Part shown: piece after piece, positions 37,318 to 48,081 of the stretch
How positions within the stretch are numbered: the first letter of the stretch is position 1
Layout: each line of letters begins with the position of its first letter
From: Candidatus Multivorans sp.
Lineage (GTDB): Bacteria > Acidobacteriota > Thermoanaerobaculia > Multivoradales > Multivoraceae
DNA length: 64,000 nucleotides
Reading direction: 5' to 3'
NCBI GenBank assembly: GCA_965247095.1
Contig: OZ251997.1
Span: 2,080,001 to 2,144,000, forward strand
The notes under the pieces: generated by a model
Database searches by the model: none
Told to the model about the DNA's origin: nothing
Seen by the model: the letters and a program-made list of their open reading frames with translations, nothing else
Program-made: the position numbers and the translations under genes

Positions 37318-38706
37318 TCAGCGCAGTCCGAGCCGCCCCGGTAGTTCTTCGATCATCAACTGATCGACGTGCCCAGGGCCCGAGCCGATCGCCACTACGT
37401 CGAACTTGCCGAACCGCTCCAGCGGCCCAACGTTGTAGAGCAGGAAGCGCCCCGCACCGACCCCGCGGTCGCGCAGTGAATCGCCCAGTCTGTCCAAGAG
37501 TTCCTCGAAGCTCAGGCCCGCCAGATCGCGGTGGACGAAGCCCTGCGCCTGGTAGGGGGGCCGGCCCTCGGGATACAGCCGGTCGACCAGGTTCATCGGC
37601 GTGCTCGTACCGCCCCAGCGCCCGTTGCATTCCGTGAACACGACCCGATCCCGCTGCAGCACCAGGTGGTCGAACGAGCAGCGGCCAACATAGCCCATCC
37701 CCTGCAGAGCGGCCGCCACCTGGCCGGACTGCGAGACGATCGCCTGCTCTACATCGGCGGGCAGTCCGCTCGGCCGGCTGCCCACGAAGACGCCCTCCTC
37801 GCCCGCCAGGATCTGCTCGTAGACACCGTCGAGCCGCGGCCCGCCGCCGCCCGGCGGCGGCAGCCACCACTGGGTCGACGGCGACGATGTCGATTCTTCC
37901 CAGGCAACCGCGAGCACCTCTTCGCTACCGTCCCATCCCGTGCGTTCGAGAAAACCGCGGACGATGTCGAGTACGCCGATGAACCCCTTTCGGCGCAGGG
38001 CCGGCGACTCGAACACCTCGTTGCCCATGGCCGACGCACACCGCAACCGCTTGAGCGCAACCGCCGGACTCGCCTCGGCCAGCTCGAGCAATGCGCGAGC
38101 CAGGGCCTCGGCGGACGCCGAGCGACGGCTGGCGGGCAGGAAGCCGGGTCCCAGAGCCGCGGTCACCAGATCCTCGAAGCTCGCCTTGTCGTTGGCAATC
38201 CAGGCGACCGGTGGCGGCGGCGCCAGCACCCGCACTGGTGTCCCGGTATCGGTAGCGACCGTAGCGGCCAGCTCCCAGATCACCTCGATGCCCATGAAGG
38301 GCTCGACCACCAATCCCCCCCTTGCGGTCGCCAGAGCGGCCAAACGGGCACGGGGAGCACCGGCCATGCAGCCCCGCGCGACCGCGAGCCGGTCGCGACC
38401 AGGATCGACCTCCAGCAACTCTGCCGCGCCGAGACCCAAGACACCCCGGAAGTACCGCTCGTACCCGGGCGAGGCGGGGGTCGTGGCGGCAACGATGTCA
38501 CCCTGCGCCGCCCGAAGTCGGGCCCGGTGCTGGTAGGACTCGGCGCCCGCGATTCCGTCGAGAAAGGGAATCCCCGTGAAGTCGTCGATGTGCAGAGCCG
38601 GTGTCCCGCCGTCGTTCCCCAGGTAGCGGTAGGGCTCGAACGCGACCAGCCGGCGCCGGAGGTCGAGCCGCTCCTCGAAGTCCTCCACAACCAGGCGAAC
38701 GCTCAT
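37318..38706 (-). CDS. ATP-grasp-like protein (pre-ATP-grasp / PGM1-related peptide-ligase type)
   Basis: Start MSVRL overlaps the menE stop (ATGA); IANDKASF, ALKRLRCASAMGN, SPSTQ, YEQIL, YVGRCSFD, FTECNGRWGGTS. Confidence 0.7.
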   Translation of the reverse strand: MSVRLVVEDFEERLDLRRRLVAFEPYRYLGNDGGTPALHIDDFTGIPFLDGIAGAESYQHRARLRAAQGDIVAATTPASPGYERYFRGVLGLGAAELLEVDPGRDRLAVARGCMAGAPRARLAALATARGGLVVEPFMGIEVIWELAATVATDTGTPVRVLAPPPPVAWIANDKASFEDLVTAALGPGFLPASRRSASAEALARALLELAEASPAVALKRLRCASAMGNEVFESPALRRKGFIGVLDIVRGFLERTGWDGSEEVLAVAWEESTSSPSTQWWLPPPGGGGPRLDGVYEQILAGEEGVFVGSRPSGLPADVEQAIVSQSGQVAAALQGMGYVGRCSFDHLVLQRDRVVFTECNGRWGGTSTPMNLVDRLYPEGRPPYQAQGFVHRDLAGLSFEELLDRLGDSLRDRGVGAGRFLLYNVGPLERFGKFDVVAIGSGPGHVDQLMIEELPGRLGLR

Positions 38707-40133
38707 CGCACCGCTCCCGGCGAGCAGGCGCTGCCCGATTCGACCAGCAGACGGCGGCAGGTCCGCCGGTCCACCTTGCCCGAGGGCGCTACCGGGAGCC
38801 GCTCGACTACCCGCCATTGCCTCGGCAGCTTGAAGCCGGCCAGTCGGGCGCCGAGACGCCGCTCCAGTTCAGCGAGCCCGCCAAGCGACTCGAACCCAGC
38901 AGCCGGGACCAGGACGGCGCCCACCTGCTCGCCCCACTCCTCGTCCTCCAGACCGACGACGCAGGCGGCCGCGGCGCCCTTCCACTCGAGCACGGCGGCT
39001 TCGACCTCGGCCGGATCGACGTTCTCTCCGCCGGTCACGATCCGGTCCGCGCGCCGGCCCAGGACACGCAGCCGGCCACGCTCGTCGACCGCGCCCACGT
39101 CGCCGGTGTCGAACCAGCCGTCCGCGTCGAAGGGACGGTCCAGCGGCGCGCCCGGTTCGGCGGCGAGATAGCCGTCGAAGAGGACCGACCCTCGGATCTG
39201 GATCGAACCCGAGGCGCCCACCCTTGCCTCGACGCCGGGCACAGGCGGTCCGACGCCGCCGGCAGAGAGGTTCGCCGGACGCTCCGTGGCGACCTGGGAA
39301 CACGCCTCCGTGAGCCCGTAGGTCGCGAACACCGGCCAGCTTCGCCGCCGGGCGCGCGCCATCAGCGCGGGCGGCGCCGGCGCCCCACCCACGAGCACCG
39401 CGCGCAGCGATTCCGGCGGACACCCCTCGTGACCGTCCAGGAGGCGGCCGAGCATCGTGGGCACCACGGACAGCAGGGTCACCCGCTGGCGCTCGATCAG
39501 ACGCAGCGCACCGTCCGGGTCAAAGGCGCCGTCCGCCCTGCGCCCCCCCAAGACGATCGTCCTCCGCGCCAGGAGCGATCGGACCACGATCATGAGACCG
39601 CCCACGTGCGCCGTCGGCAGGCTGAGTAGCCAGCGATCGCCCTCATGGCATCCAAAGACTGCGGCGTGCGCCTCCGACGAAGCCCGTAGCGCCCCGTGGC
39701 TGAGGACGGCGCCTCGCGGCCGGCCCGTGCTGCCGGACGTAAACACTACCACCGCGCCGCCGCCGATCGGGCTGTTGTTCGCTGCGCCGCCGGGCAGCGC
39801 GGTCAGGGCGCCGGCACCCTCGATCACGAACGAGGCGCCGGTCATCGTCAGCACCCGGTCCCTCTCGGCACTGGTCCAGCGCGGATGAAGGAGGACGAAG
39901 GACACCCGGTCCTCCAACAGGGCCAGGACCGCGGTGACGGTCTCGACGCCCATGCCGCCCACCACCGCGACTACCTGATGCGACGCGCCCTCGAGACGGC
40001 TCTGAACAACGGCGCGGACAGGGTCCGTACGCTCCGCCAGATCGGCCCATGTCAGCGCGCGCCCGCCATGGGCAAGCGCAACCCCCTCCGGCGCCTCCCG
40101 CGCGGCGGCCCGAACCGACAATTCCGTTCTCAG
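38703..40133 (-). CDS. menE: O-succinylbenzoate-CoA ligase
   Basis: FTSGSTGRPRG, WLLSLPTAHVGG, TYGLTEACSQ, GWFDTGD, TGGENV, SGKVDR; men operon context; start approximate. Confidence 0.85.
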   Translation of the reverse strand: MRTELSVRAAAREAPEGVALAHGGRALTWADLAERTDPVRAVVQSRLEGASHQVVAVVGGMGVETVTAVLALLEDRVSFVLLHPRWTSAERDRVLTMTGASFVIEGAGALTALPGGAANNSPIGGGAVVVFTSGSTGRPRGAVLSHGALRASSEAHAAVFGCHEGDRWLLSLPTAHVGGLMIVVRSLLARRTIVLGGRRADGAFDPDGALRLIERQRVTLLSVVPTMLGRLLDGHEGCPPESLRAVLVGGAPAPPALMARARRRSWPVFATYGLTEACSQVATERPANLSAGGVGPPVPGVEARVGASGSIQIRGSVLFDGYLAAEPGAPLDRPFDADGWFDTGDVGAVDERGRLRVLGRRADRIVTGGENVDPAEVEAAVLEWKGAAAACVVGLEDEEWGEQVGAVLVPAAGFESLGGLAELERRLGARLAGFKLPRQWRVVERLPVAPSGKVDRRTCRRLLVESGSACSPGAVR

Positions 40134-41020
40134 TTTGCAGCCCCCAATACGATGCCGACCGACAACAGGACACCGAACACCAGGAGCAGGCGGGCAGTCG
40201 CCGCCAGAGACGCATTCAAAGCCGCTCCCTCGCCCCGCCATACCGACCGCAGCACGGTCACCGCAAGCGGCAGCGCCAGCCAGGACAGGAGAGGCCAGAG
40301 GCCCAGGTGGGGCACCAGCGGCAGCGTCGCAAGGTGGGCGAACAGCAGCAGCGCCGCATACTCGAGCCGCGCGAACCGGGGGCCGAAGCGCACCGCCAAC
40401 GTCCGCTTGCCGGCGAGCGCGTCCCCTTCAAGGTCGCGCAGGTTGTTGGTGACCAGGATCGCCGTCGCCAGCGCACCCACTGCGAGGCCGGACCACCACG
40501 CCGCAACCGGCACCTGCAACGCCTGCACGTACACCGTGCCGCATACCGCCACCAGGCCGAAGAAGAGGACGACGAACAGATCGCCCAAGCCGGTGTACGC
40601 CAACGCCCAGGGCCCGGCCGTGTAGAGCAGACCGGACACGATCGACACCGCGCCGACAACGAGCACCGGCCAGCCGGCCACAGCCGCAAGATAGAGCCCG
40701 CACGCCATGCAGATCCCGAACGCGACCCAGGCCCCGGCCCATACCTGGCCGCGGCTGAGCAGTCCCGACTGAACCGCTCGCGCCGGGCCGACGCGTCGCT
40801 GTGTGTCGGCGCCACGGTCGAAGTCGAGGACATCGTTGGAGAGGTTGGTGCCGATCTGGATCGAGATCGCGACGCCCAGGGCAGCCAGGGCGGGACCGGG
40901 GATGAAACCGGTGACGGAGACGGCGCAAGCCGTACCGACCACCACCGGCGTCACCGCGGCCCAGAGGGTCTTCGGCCGGCTCGCCTGCACCCAGGCTCGC
41001 AGGCCTCCGCGGCGGCTCAT
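40130..41020 (-). CDS. menA: 1,4-dihydroxy-2-naphthoate polyprenyltransferase
   Basis: [37 protein letters not shown]...GKRTLAV; ATG overlaps the menB stop. Confidence 0.92.
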   Translation of the reverse strand: MSRRGGLRAWVQASRPKTLWAAVTPVVVGTACAVSVTGFIPGPALAALGVAISIQIGTNLSNDVLDFDRGADTQRRVGPARAVQSGLLSRGQVWAGAWVAFGICMACGLYLAAVAGWPVLVVGAVSIVSGLLYTAGPWALAYTGLGDLFVVLFFGLVAVCGTVYVQALQVPVAAWWSGLAVGALATAILVTNNLRDLEGDALAGKRTLAVRFGPRFARLEYAALLLFAHLATLPLVPHLGLWPLLSWLALPLAVTVLRSVWRGEGAALNASLAATARLLLVFGVLLSVGIVLGAAN

Positions 41021-41865
41021 GGATAGCGCTGAAACTTCGAGAAATCGGGCTTCCGTTTCTCGAGGAACGCCTGCCGCCCCTCCTGCCCCTCCTGCGTCAT
41101 GTAGAACAGCAGCGTCGCGTTGCCCGCCAGTTCCTGGAGACCCGCCTGGCCGTCGCAGTCGGCGTTCATCGCCGCCTTCAGGCAACGCAGCGCCATGGGG
41201 CTGTTGGCCAGCATCTCGCGGCACCACTGGAGCGTCTCCTCCTCGAGCCGTTCCAGCGGCACGACGGTGTTGACGAGTCCCATGTCCAGCGCCTGCCGGG
41301 CGTCGTACTGGCGGCACAGGAACCAGATCTCCCGCGCCTTCTTCTGACCCACGATCCGTGCCATGTAGGAAGCGCCGTAGCCGCCGTCGAAGCTGCCCAC
41401 CCGGGGGCCGGTCTGGCCAAAGCGGGCGTTGTCCGCGGCGATCGTCAGATCGCAGATCATGTGCAGCACGTGCCCACCACCGATCGCATAGCCGGCGACC
41501 ATGGCGACGACCGGTTTCGGCAACGTGCGAATCTGCCGCTGCAGGTCGAGGACGTTGAGGCGCGGCACACCGTCGTCCCCGACGTAGCCGGCGTCGCCCC
41601 GGATCCGCTGATCGCCGCCCGAACAGAACGCCAACGGCCCTTCGCCGGTCAGGATGACCGCTCCGACTTCGCCGTCGTCCCGCGCCTGGTCGACCGCCGC
41701 GCTCATCTCCTTGACCGTCAGCGGCCGGAAGGCGTTGCGAACCTCCGGCCGGTTGATCGTGATCTTGGCGATCCCCTCCGGTTCGCCATCGACATGGGAC
41801 TTCTCGTACCGAATGTCGGTGTACTCACCGGCGCTGCGCCACTCCTGGCCCGATTCTCCACTCAT
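41017..41865 (-). CDS. menB: 1,4-dihydroxy-2-naphthoyl-CoA synthase
   Basis: [52 protein letters not shown]; RBS AAGGAGG. Confidence 0.97.
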   Translation of the reverse strand: MSGESGQEWRSAGEYTDIRYEKSHVDGEPEGIAKITINRPEVRNAFRPLTVKEMSAAVDQARDDGEVGAVILTGEGPLAFCSGGDQRIRGDAGYVGDDGVPRLNVLDLQRQIRTLPKPVVAMVAGYAIGGGHVLHMICDLTIAADNARFGQTGPRVGSFDGGYGASYMARIVGQKKAREIWFLCRQYDARQALDMGLVNTVVPLERLEEETLQWCREMLANSPMALRCLKAAMNADCDGQAGLQELAGNATLLFYMTQEGQEGRQAFLEKRKPDFSKFQRYP

Positions 41866-41970
41866 CCCGCACGCCTCCTTCGACCGGCGACACTACAACG
41901 CCCAGGCCTCCCGAACCGAGTTACCAGGCCTCAACAAAGACTCATCTCTCACTCCTCATCCAGGAGGCGG

Positions 41971-42738
41971 TTATCCCCTTCCCTCTGCCGCATCACTCAG
42001 CAGCCGGGCCAATTCGGCCGGCGCCTCCAACGGGACGTTGTGACCAACGCCATCGACGACCCGGAGCCTCGCGACGGGAAGCTGCTCGACCATCTGCCTC
42101 GCCAAAGCGACGAACTTCGTATCCAGACCACCCACGATCAGCTCGACCGGGCAGGAGATCGTGGGCAAGAAGGACCGGTAGTCCGGCATCGCTCCGAGAC
42201 TGAGCGCTCTCATCGCCGCAGCCAGGGCCAACGGGTCGTGACCAAGGCGAATCCGTCGCTGCTCTTCGAGCACTTCGGCGCCGAGCCGCTTCTGGCTTCG
42301 AAAGAGCGGCAGGTCCGACCACTTGCCGTCGAACGCGTCGAGGCCCTGTTGCTCGATGCAGCGCGCCCACTTCTCGTCCGACGCCCTCCGGGCCTCCCGC
42401 TCGTCCTCGGCGTCGATGCCCGGATTCGCGCCGATCAGGGCGGCGCCCGCGAACAGGTTGGGACGATGGACGAGCAGACCGAGCGCCAGACGGCCGCCCA
42501 GGGAGTAGCCGGCTACGAGCCGCGGCGGCGACACACGGGCCTCGATCTCCAATGCGAGTCGGCTCACCTCGGCCTCGAAGGTGTGGCCAGCCCTCCGGTC
42601 TTCTCCCGGTGAGCCGTCTTCGTTGCCGGCGTGCCCGCAGACTGCCGGAGTGTGAGTCGGCACCTGGAGCAGCGGCTTAATCCGCCGCCAACTCTCCGGG
42701 CTGCCGGAGAACCCGTGGATCAGGACAGCCGTCGTCAT
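41971..42738 (-). CDS. menH: SHCHC synthase (alpha/beta hydrolase)
   Basis: LIHGFSGS, GYSLGGR, NPGI...RRASDEKWA, GHNVPLE; ATG overlaps the menD stop. Confidence 0.88.
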   Translation of the reverse strand: MTTAVLIHGFSGSPESWRRIKPLLQVPTHTPAVCGHAGNEDGSPGEDRRAGHTFEAEVSRLALEIEARVSPPRLVAGYSLGGRLALGLLVHRPNLFAGAALIGANPGIDAEDEREARRASDEKWARCIEQQGLDAFDGKWSDLPLFRSQKRLGAEVLEEQRRIRLGHDPLALAAAMRALSLGAMPDYRSFLPTISCPVELIVGGLDTKFVALARQMVEQLPVARLRVVDGVGHNVPLEAPAELARLLSDAAEGRG

Positions 42739-44588
42739 CGCGCCGCAGGGGACGAGACCATCGCCCGACGCAACGCCGCTTCGGCCCGGGCCAGGGCGTC
42801 GGCGGCGCACCTGGCCACGACCAGGGAGACGCCCCTGCGACTCACGGCAGCGCCGATCTCCTGCTCCAGCCCGGACGACTCCTCGACCCGCGCGTACGGG
42901 AGGCCGAACGCCTGCGCCAGCCCGGCGAAGTCAACCCCATGCGGAGTGAGCCAGTGTCTGCCTGCCGGGCCGCGGAACACCTCGGTCGAAGCGATCGGCA
43001 GCCGCTCGAAGATGCGTCCGCCCCCGTTGTCGATCACGACGATCACCGCGGGTGGACCTTCCCCGTACGCGGAGGCCACCGTCAGACCGTCCAAGTCGTG
43101 CAGCAGGCTGACATCGCCAAGGAGCAACACGCCGGCCGGAAAGCCGCCGGTGGAGAGCGACCCCAGGAAACCCGCCACGAGACCGTCGACTCCGCTCAGA
43201 CCCCGCTGGCTGGCGACCCAGATGCGTCGCTCGAGCCCGTCAACCCAGGTTTCCACCAGGCGCACGGGCAGACTGTTGCCGAGCATCAGCAGACCGTTCG
43301 TCGGTGTCGCCGTTACCGTCGCCCGCGCCACTTCGCCATCATGAAGGCCACCCTCTCCGGAATCGCCGGCCAGCTTCGCAACCGCTCCGCTGAACCGACT
43401 GCAAAGGGCGAAGACATCCCGCCGCCACCCTTCGGCCGCCGGATCGACTGGATGTTCCTTCAATCGGCCGGAGAGGCCGGCAACAGTGGCGCCGACATCT
43501 CCAAGCAGGAACACCGACGCAAGTCCGGCCGGATCGGTCCAGGGCCCGTGCGAGACCACGACCTGCGACGCACCACACGCTTCCAGGAGGCGCTGCGCTC
43601 CCCCCGATACGGGCGGTGCTCCCACTTGGACGATGAGGTCCGGTAGCGCCACAGACTGCCCACCGTCAGCCGTCCAAGCCGCGCCCAGGCACTCCGCGAG
43701 ATGCTCCGCTCCGCCGGAACTCGCCGCGTCCACGAAGCGACTCTGGCTAGTGGCCTCCGCCAGCAGCGGGAAGCCGGTCCACCGAGCCAGTTCAGCAAGG
43801 CCGAAGACATCGCCGCCGCGCCGGCGGCCGTCCGGCGGAGGCAGAGCCAGCGGACCGGCGACGATCAGCCCACGCTCCGCCTGCCGGCAAAGGCGCGCCG
43901 CGCGGTCCAGAAGATCCGGGTCCGGCGCGGCGCTCGGCATGCCGACCTCGAGCGGTTCACCGAGCAACTCGTCCACCGCCGCCGCCAGCGGGTGGTTCTC
44001 CCGAACTTCCTGTCGTTCCAGGGGCTTTCTTGCGCGCACGTTCAGATGCACTGCCCCGCCTCGCGGCCAGCGCGAGCGGAACACCGCCTGCGCCGCCGTG
44101 CGGCGAAGGGCCCGCAAGTTCAGCGGATCCACCCGGCCGCCCAGATCGATCTCGGCGAAGAAGTTCACCGCCGAGCCGAAGAGCTTCGTCTGATCGGCGG
44201 TCTGCGGCGCCGCGCAGTCCATCAGCTCAGTCGGCCGGTCGGCGCTCAGGACGATCAGCGGCAGGCCGGCCTCCCGGGCCTCCAGGATCGCGGGCAGGTA
44301 GTGTGCCGGCGCGCTGCCCGAGGTGCAGATCAGGGCCGTCGGCATGCCGGTGGCCCGGGCCTGGCCGAGCGCGAAGAACGCCGCCGCTCGCTCGTCGATG
44401 ATGCTCACGAGATCGAGTTCGGCTGCCGCGCCCGCGCCCACCACATCGAGCGCAGCCAGCACCAGCGGGGTCGAGCGGGAACCCGGACTCGTGACCGCTC
44501 GCCGCACGCCAGCTTGAACCAGGGCGCCCACCAGCAGGCGCGCACGCTGGAACTGCGCCTCGCCCGCGGCGGACGGCGCTAGCTCCAT
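42735..44588 (-). CDS. menD: SEPHCHC synthase (ThDP-dependent)
   Basis: SPGSRSTPL, IDERAAAFFALG, CTSGSA, ADRP, RGLSGVDG, GDVSLLHD, DNGGGRIF. Confidence 0.95.
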   Translation of the reverse strand: MELAPSAAGEAQFQRARLLVGALVQAGVRRAVTSPGSRSTPLVLAALDVVGAGAAAELDLVSIIDERAAAFFALGQARATGMPTALICTSGSAPAHYLPAILEAREAGLPLIVLSADRPTELMDCAAPQTADQTKLFGSAVNFFAEIDLGGRVDPLNLRALRRTAAQAVFRSRWPRGGAVHLNVRARKPLERQEVRENHPLAAAVDELLGEPLEVGMPSAAPDPDLLDRAARLCRQAERGLIVAGPLALPPPDGRRRGGDVFGLAELARWTGFPLLAEATSQSRFVDAASSGGAEHLAECLGAAWTADGGQSVALPDLIVQVGAPPVSGGAQRLLEACGASQVVVSHGPWTDPAGLASVFLLGDVGATVAGLSGRLKEHPVDPAAEGWRRDVFALCSRFSGAVAKLAGDSGEGGLHDGEVARATVTATPTNGLLMLGNSLPVRLVETWVDGLERRIWVASQRGLSGVDGLVAGFLGSLSTGGFPAGVLLLGDVSLLHDLDGLTVASAYGEGPPAVIVVIDNGGGRIFERLPIASTEVFRGPAGRHWLTPHGVDFAGLAQAFGLPYARVEESSGLEQEIGAAVSRRGVSLVVARCAADALARAEAALRRAMVSSPAAR

Positions 44589-46129
44589 GCGCCGAGAATC
44601 GCGTCGAGCTTGAGATTCGTCTCAGCCAGTTCGCGGTCGGGATCCGAGTCCGCGACGATGCCGGCGCCCGAGTAGAGCAGTCCCTTTCGGCCCGCTGCGA
44701 GGCAGGAGCGGAGAGCCACCGAGAACTCGCCATCGCCACGGCCGTCGAACCACCCGACCGGACCCGCGTACCAACCCCGGTCCCGGTCCTCCGAGCGCCG
44801 GATCGCCTGAAGCGCACCGGCGGTCGGACTACCCGCCACCGCAGGAGTCGGATGCAGCGCGCGCACCAGCCGCAGCACGTGGGGCGGCTGGGCGGTTTCC
44901 GCGAGCGCGGCACAAATGGGCGTCTCCAGGTGAAGGACGTTTCTCAGCACACGCACGCCGGGGAGAGATGGCGGTACCGCGGCGCCGCAGCTCCGGTCGA
45001 GCCGCTCGACGAGGTAGCGGACGACCAAATCGTGCTCCAGCCGGTCCTTTGCGCTCTCCAGCAGGCGCCGCTCCAACTTCCGGCGCTTCTCCGGAAAGGG
45101 GTCGCTGGCAATCGAGCCCGCCAGAGCCTGGGTCTCGATCCGCCGACCACGCCGCCGCACGAGAAGTTCCGGCGTGGCGCCGAAGAAGATCGATCCCCCG
45201 CGAAGGAAGGCGAAACAGGTGCAGGTCGGCATGTGCCTCCGCAGGCGTTCCGTGATGCGGGCCAGATCGGCGATCCCGAACGGCCGCCCGAGACCCAGTT
45301 CCACCGTGCGAGCCGCGACCACTTTCTGCAGTCGCCCGTCACTGACTTCGCTACGGAGCTCCTCCACCCGGCGAAGCCACTCCTCGGTAGCGGGCTGATC
45401 GAAGCTCCGCAGAACCTCGGGCAGAGCCAGCAGGTCCGGGGCGGCCTCGGCCCTGTCCCGGGCGGCGCCGTTCCCGTTGGCGCCGTCCGGCGGCCCATTC
45501 CCGGGATCGAGTTCATCGGCAAGACGCAGCAGCCGTTGCCGCCACGAAGGCGTGGCCGCAACGCCGGCGCCGTCAAGGACGGTGTAGAGGTAGGCCGACT
45601 CCGCCTCCGCGACGTAGCCGACCTGAGGCAGAACGAAACTGCCGGCGCCGAAGTCGCCCCAGTCGGAACCGGTCGCACCCGGTCGCCCTTCGGCCGCTCC
45701 TGGATCGAACGCGAGACCTCCGTAGACCCGCAGAGCGAGCGGATCGACGTCCGCCAGTTCACCCCACAGACCGGACGCCCCCTCGGCCAACCGATCGATC
45801 GCGGCGTGCGCCGCGTGCGCACCCGGACCGAAACAGGAGTCGGAAACCGCGGCTGTGGAACCGTTGCCCCCGTTCGCGCCGGCGACATCCTCGAACGGCG
45901 CTGCCGACTCGATCTCGAAACGCCGCGCGGCGCCCCAGCCGGCGCATTGCATGCCGTCGGCCGGAGACCACAGATGTCCCACCGGCTCGCACTCGCGGAA
46001 GTCCCGCGCTGCCAGCCGCAGGAACTCTTCGGGCGCCACGCGCGGTGCATCGACGCGCAGCGTCGACAGCGAGGCCCGGGGCGCTCGCGCCCGTGGAACC
46101 AGCCGCGGTCCGGCGGCGGGCGACGTCAT
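44579..46129 (-). CDS. menF: Isochorismate synthase
   Basis: KVVAAR, FFGATPELL, ALAGS, KDRLEH, LHPTPAVAG, RGWYAGPVGW, GAGIV. Confidence 0.92.
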   Translation of the reverse strand: MTSPAAGPRLVPRARAPRASLSTLRVDAPRVAPEEFLRLAARDFRECEPVGHLWSPADGMQCAGWGAARRFEIESAAPFEDVAGANGGNGSTAAVSDSCFGPGAHAAHAAIDRLAEGASGLWGELADVDPLALRVYGGLAFDPGAAEGRPGATGSDWGDFGAGSFVLPQVGYVAEAESAYLYTVLDGAGVAATPSWRQRLLRLADELDPGNGPPDGANGNGAARDRAEAAPDLLALPEVLRSFDQPATEEWLRRVEELRSEVSDGRLQKVVAARTVELGLGRPFGIADLARITERLRRHMPTCTCFAFLRGGSIFFGATPELLVRRRGRRIETQALAGSIASDPFPEKRRKLERRLLESAKDRLEHDLVVRYLVERLDRSCGAAVPPSLPGVRVLRNVLHLETPICAALAETAQPPHVLRLVRALHPTPAVAGSPTAGALQAIRRSEDRDRGWYAGPVGWFDGRGDGEFSVALRSCLAAGRKGLLYSGAGIVADSDPDRELAETNLKLDAILGAWS

Positions 46130-46884
46130 GCGTCGGTCTCCGCCGACGGCGGCGCGTCAGCCGGCCGGGCAAGAAACAGGTTGCAGACGCCGAAGGTCAG
46201 ACTCCGCGTCTCGATCGACTCCAGGCCTGCGGCGGCCATCGTCCGGACGAACTCGGCGACCGGGGGAAAGGCGCCAATCGACCGTTCCAGGTAGCGGTAC
46301 TCCTCGGCGCCGGCAAGGAGCGCACCGACGAACGGGACGACGACGTGGATATAGAAGCGAGCCAGTGCACCCGTGAGGCCGGCGGAAGGTTCGCCGGCTT
46401 CGAGCACAACCACGCGCCCTCCCGGCCGCGTAACGCGGGCCATCTCCAGCAAGGCGCGGTCACGGTCCGGAATGTTGCGGATACCGAAGGCAGTGGTCGC
46501 GGCGTCGAAGGACCGGTCGGGGAACGGAAGCTCCTGCGCGTCGCCGGCGTCGAGGGTGACCCGATCCCCGAGTCCCGCTTGCTCGACCTTGCGGCGGCCG
46601 ATCTCGGTCATCCCGCGGGACGCGTCGATTCCGTGGACAGCGACGCCAGGGTACCGGCGGGCGATCGCGATCGCGAGATCTCCGGTACCGGAAGCAACGT
46701 CGAGTACCCGGACCGGCCGGTGAGCCGGAGCGTCCAGCGCCAACACTTCCGCCGCGATGCGCCGCCAGCGCCGATCGCCGCCCAGCGAGATGATCCGGTT
46801 CACGAAGTCATAGCGGGCGGCGATGCGATCGAACATCGCGCCCGAGCCGCCTTGGCTCTGCATTGCATCCGCGAGCAAGACCAT
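46126..46884 (-). CDS. menG: Demethylmenaquinone methyltransferase (UbiE/MenG)
   Basis: MFDRIAARYDFVN, LDVASGTGD, GDAQELPF, AFGIRN, YRYLERSI. Confidence 0.92.
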   Translation of the reverse strand: MVLLADAMQSQGGSGAMFDRIAARYDFVNRIISLGGDRRWRRIAAEVLALDAPAHRPVRVLDVASGTGDLAIAIARRYPGVAVHGIDASRGMTEIGRRKVEQAGLGDRVTLDAGDAQELPFPDRSFDAATTAFGIRNIPDRDRALLEMARVTRPGGRVVVLEAGEPSAGLTGALARFYIHVVVPFVGALLAGAEEYRYLERSIGAFPPVAEFVRTMAAAGLESIETRSLTFGVCNLFLARPADAPPSAETDA

Positions 46885-46911
46885 CCAGGGATCTTCCGGG
46901 CGCCGGCGCGC

Positions 46912-48081
46912 CTACCGTTCTCGCAGCGCACTGGCATGCGCCACGGCCACGAGCGCCCGTCGGGCTTCCCCATCGGGGATACCGGCCAACGCCGCGACTC
47001 CCTGATCGACGTAGGTCGCGGCAAGGCCCCGGCAGATTCTCTCGACGCCGTGGCGAGCCATTGCCTCCAGCACACGTCCCTGCCGACTGGAAACCTCTCT
47101 GGCGGCGCCGTCGCCGTTGCTCCGCCCGCCGTTCGCAGGTCCGTCGCCGTTCGTCGGTCCATGTGCGAATCCGGCTCCATCAACGTTCGGGATGGACCCG
47201 TGATCCTCCGCGATGGCGCGAATCGTGTCCACCAGTTCCGGCTCACGGTCGAGTACGGTGATCAGTGGATAGGTCACCTTGCCCTCGGAGAGATCGCTGA
47301 ACAGCGTCTTGCCGGTGTTGCTGTGGTGACCCACCAGATCAAGCAGGTCGTCGATCAACTGGAAAGCGACTCCGACCGACTCGCCGTAGGCCTCGAGCGC
47401 GGCGCAGACCTCAGGCGGCGCGCCGCCTGTCGATGCGCCGGCGCCAAGCGCCCACCGGAACAGGGCCGCGGACTTGCCGCGGGCGACCTCGAAGTAGAGC
47501 TCCTCCGACGTATCGAGGCGGCCGCGGTTCTCCAGTTGGAGCGACTCGGCGCGAATCATCTCGGCGATCGTCGCGAGCAGACCCTCCATCACGCCCGGTA
47601 CACCCGCCCGTTGAACACGCTGCAAGGCCTCGATCAGCAGATAGTCGCCGGCGAAGATCGACGCCGCGTTGCCGAGTTCAACCCGCGCCGTGGGCCGGCC
47701 GCGCCGGCGAGCCGCGTTGTCGACCACGTCGTCGTGCAGCAGCGTCGCATTGTGGATCAGTTCCGCGGCTACCGCTATGTCGCACACGGCCGACCCCGAG
47801 GCGCCCCCGACCCGAGACGCCAGGACGACGCACAGCGGCCGCAACCGCTTGCCGCCGAGGTGAACCAGATCCGCACCGGCCTCGCCCACGAGCATCTCGC
47901 GCGTAGACAGGGCGGCCAATTCGTTCTCCACTGCCGCCAGATCGTCACGCACGAAACCGACCAGATCCTCCATCGTGGAGGCGAGGCCGCTCAGACCGCC
48001 GTCGATGCAGAGGTCGCGCAGCCGTACCAGCACCTCGTCGGCCACGACGTGGCCAGGCCGGTGATCGGGGAGCATGGTCAA
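46912..48081 (-). CDS. Polyprenyl diphosphate synthase (IspB/HepT-like)
   Basis: GGKRLRP, ELIHNATLLHDDVVD...RRG, AFQLIDDLLD, GKTLFSDLSEGKVT. Confidence 0.92.
   Translation of the reverse strand: MTMLPDHRPGHVVADEVLVRLRDLCIDGGLSGLASTMEDLVGFVRDDLAAVENELAALSTREMLVGEAGADLVHLGGKRLRPLCVVLASRVGGASGSAVCDIAVAAELIHNATLLHDDVVDNAARRRGRPTARVELGNAASIFAGDYLLIEALQRVQRAGVPGVMEGLLATIAEMIRAESLQLENRGRLDTSEELYFEVARGKSAALFRWALGAGASTGGAPPEVCAALEAYGESVGVAFQLIDDLLDLVGHHSNTGKTLFSDLSEGKVTYPLITVLDREPELVDTIRAIAEDHGSIPNVDGAGFAHGPTNGDGPANGGRSNGDGAAREVSSRQGRVLEAMARHGVERICRGLAATYVDQGVAALAGIPDGEARRALVAVAHASALRER

Noticed and set aside
45470-47170. Asn-Gly-rich insertions in MenF and the polyprenyl synthase
   Set aside because: Short low-complexity loops without clear nucleotide-level identity; not inteins or mobile inserts.
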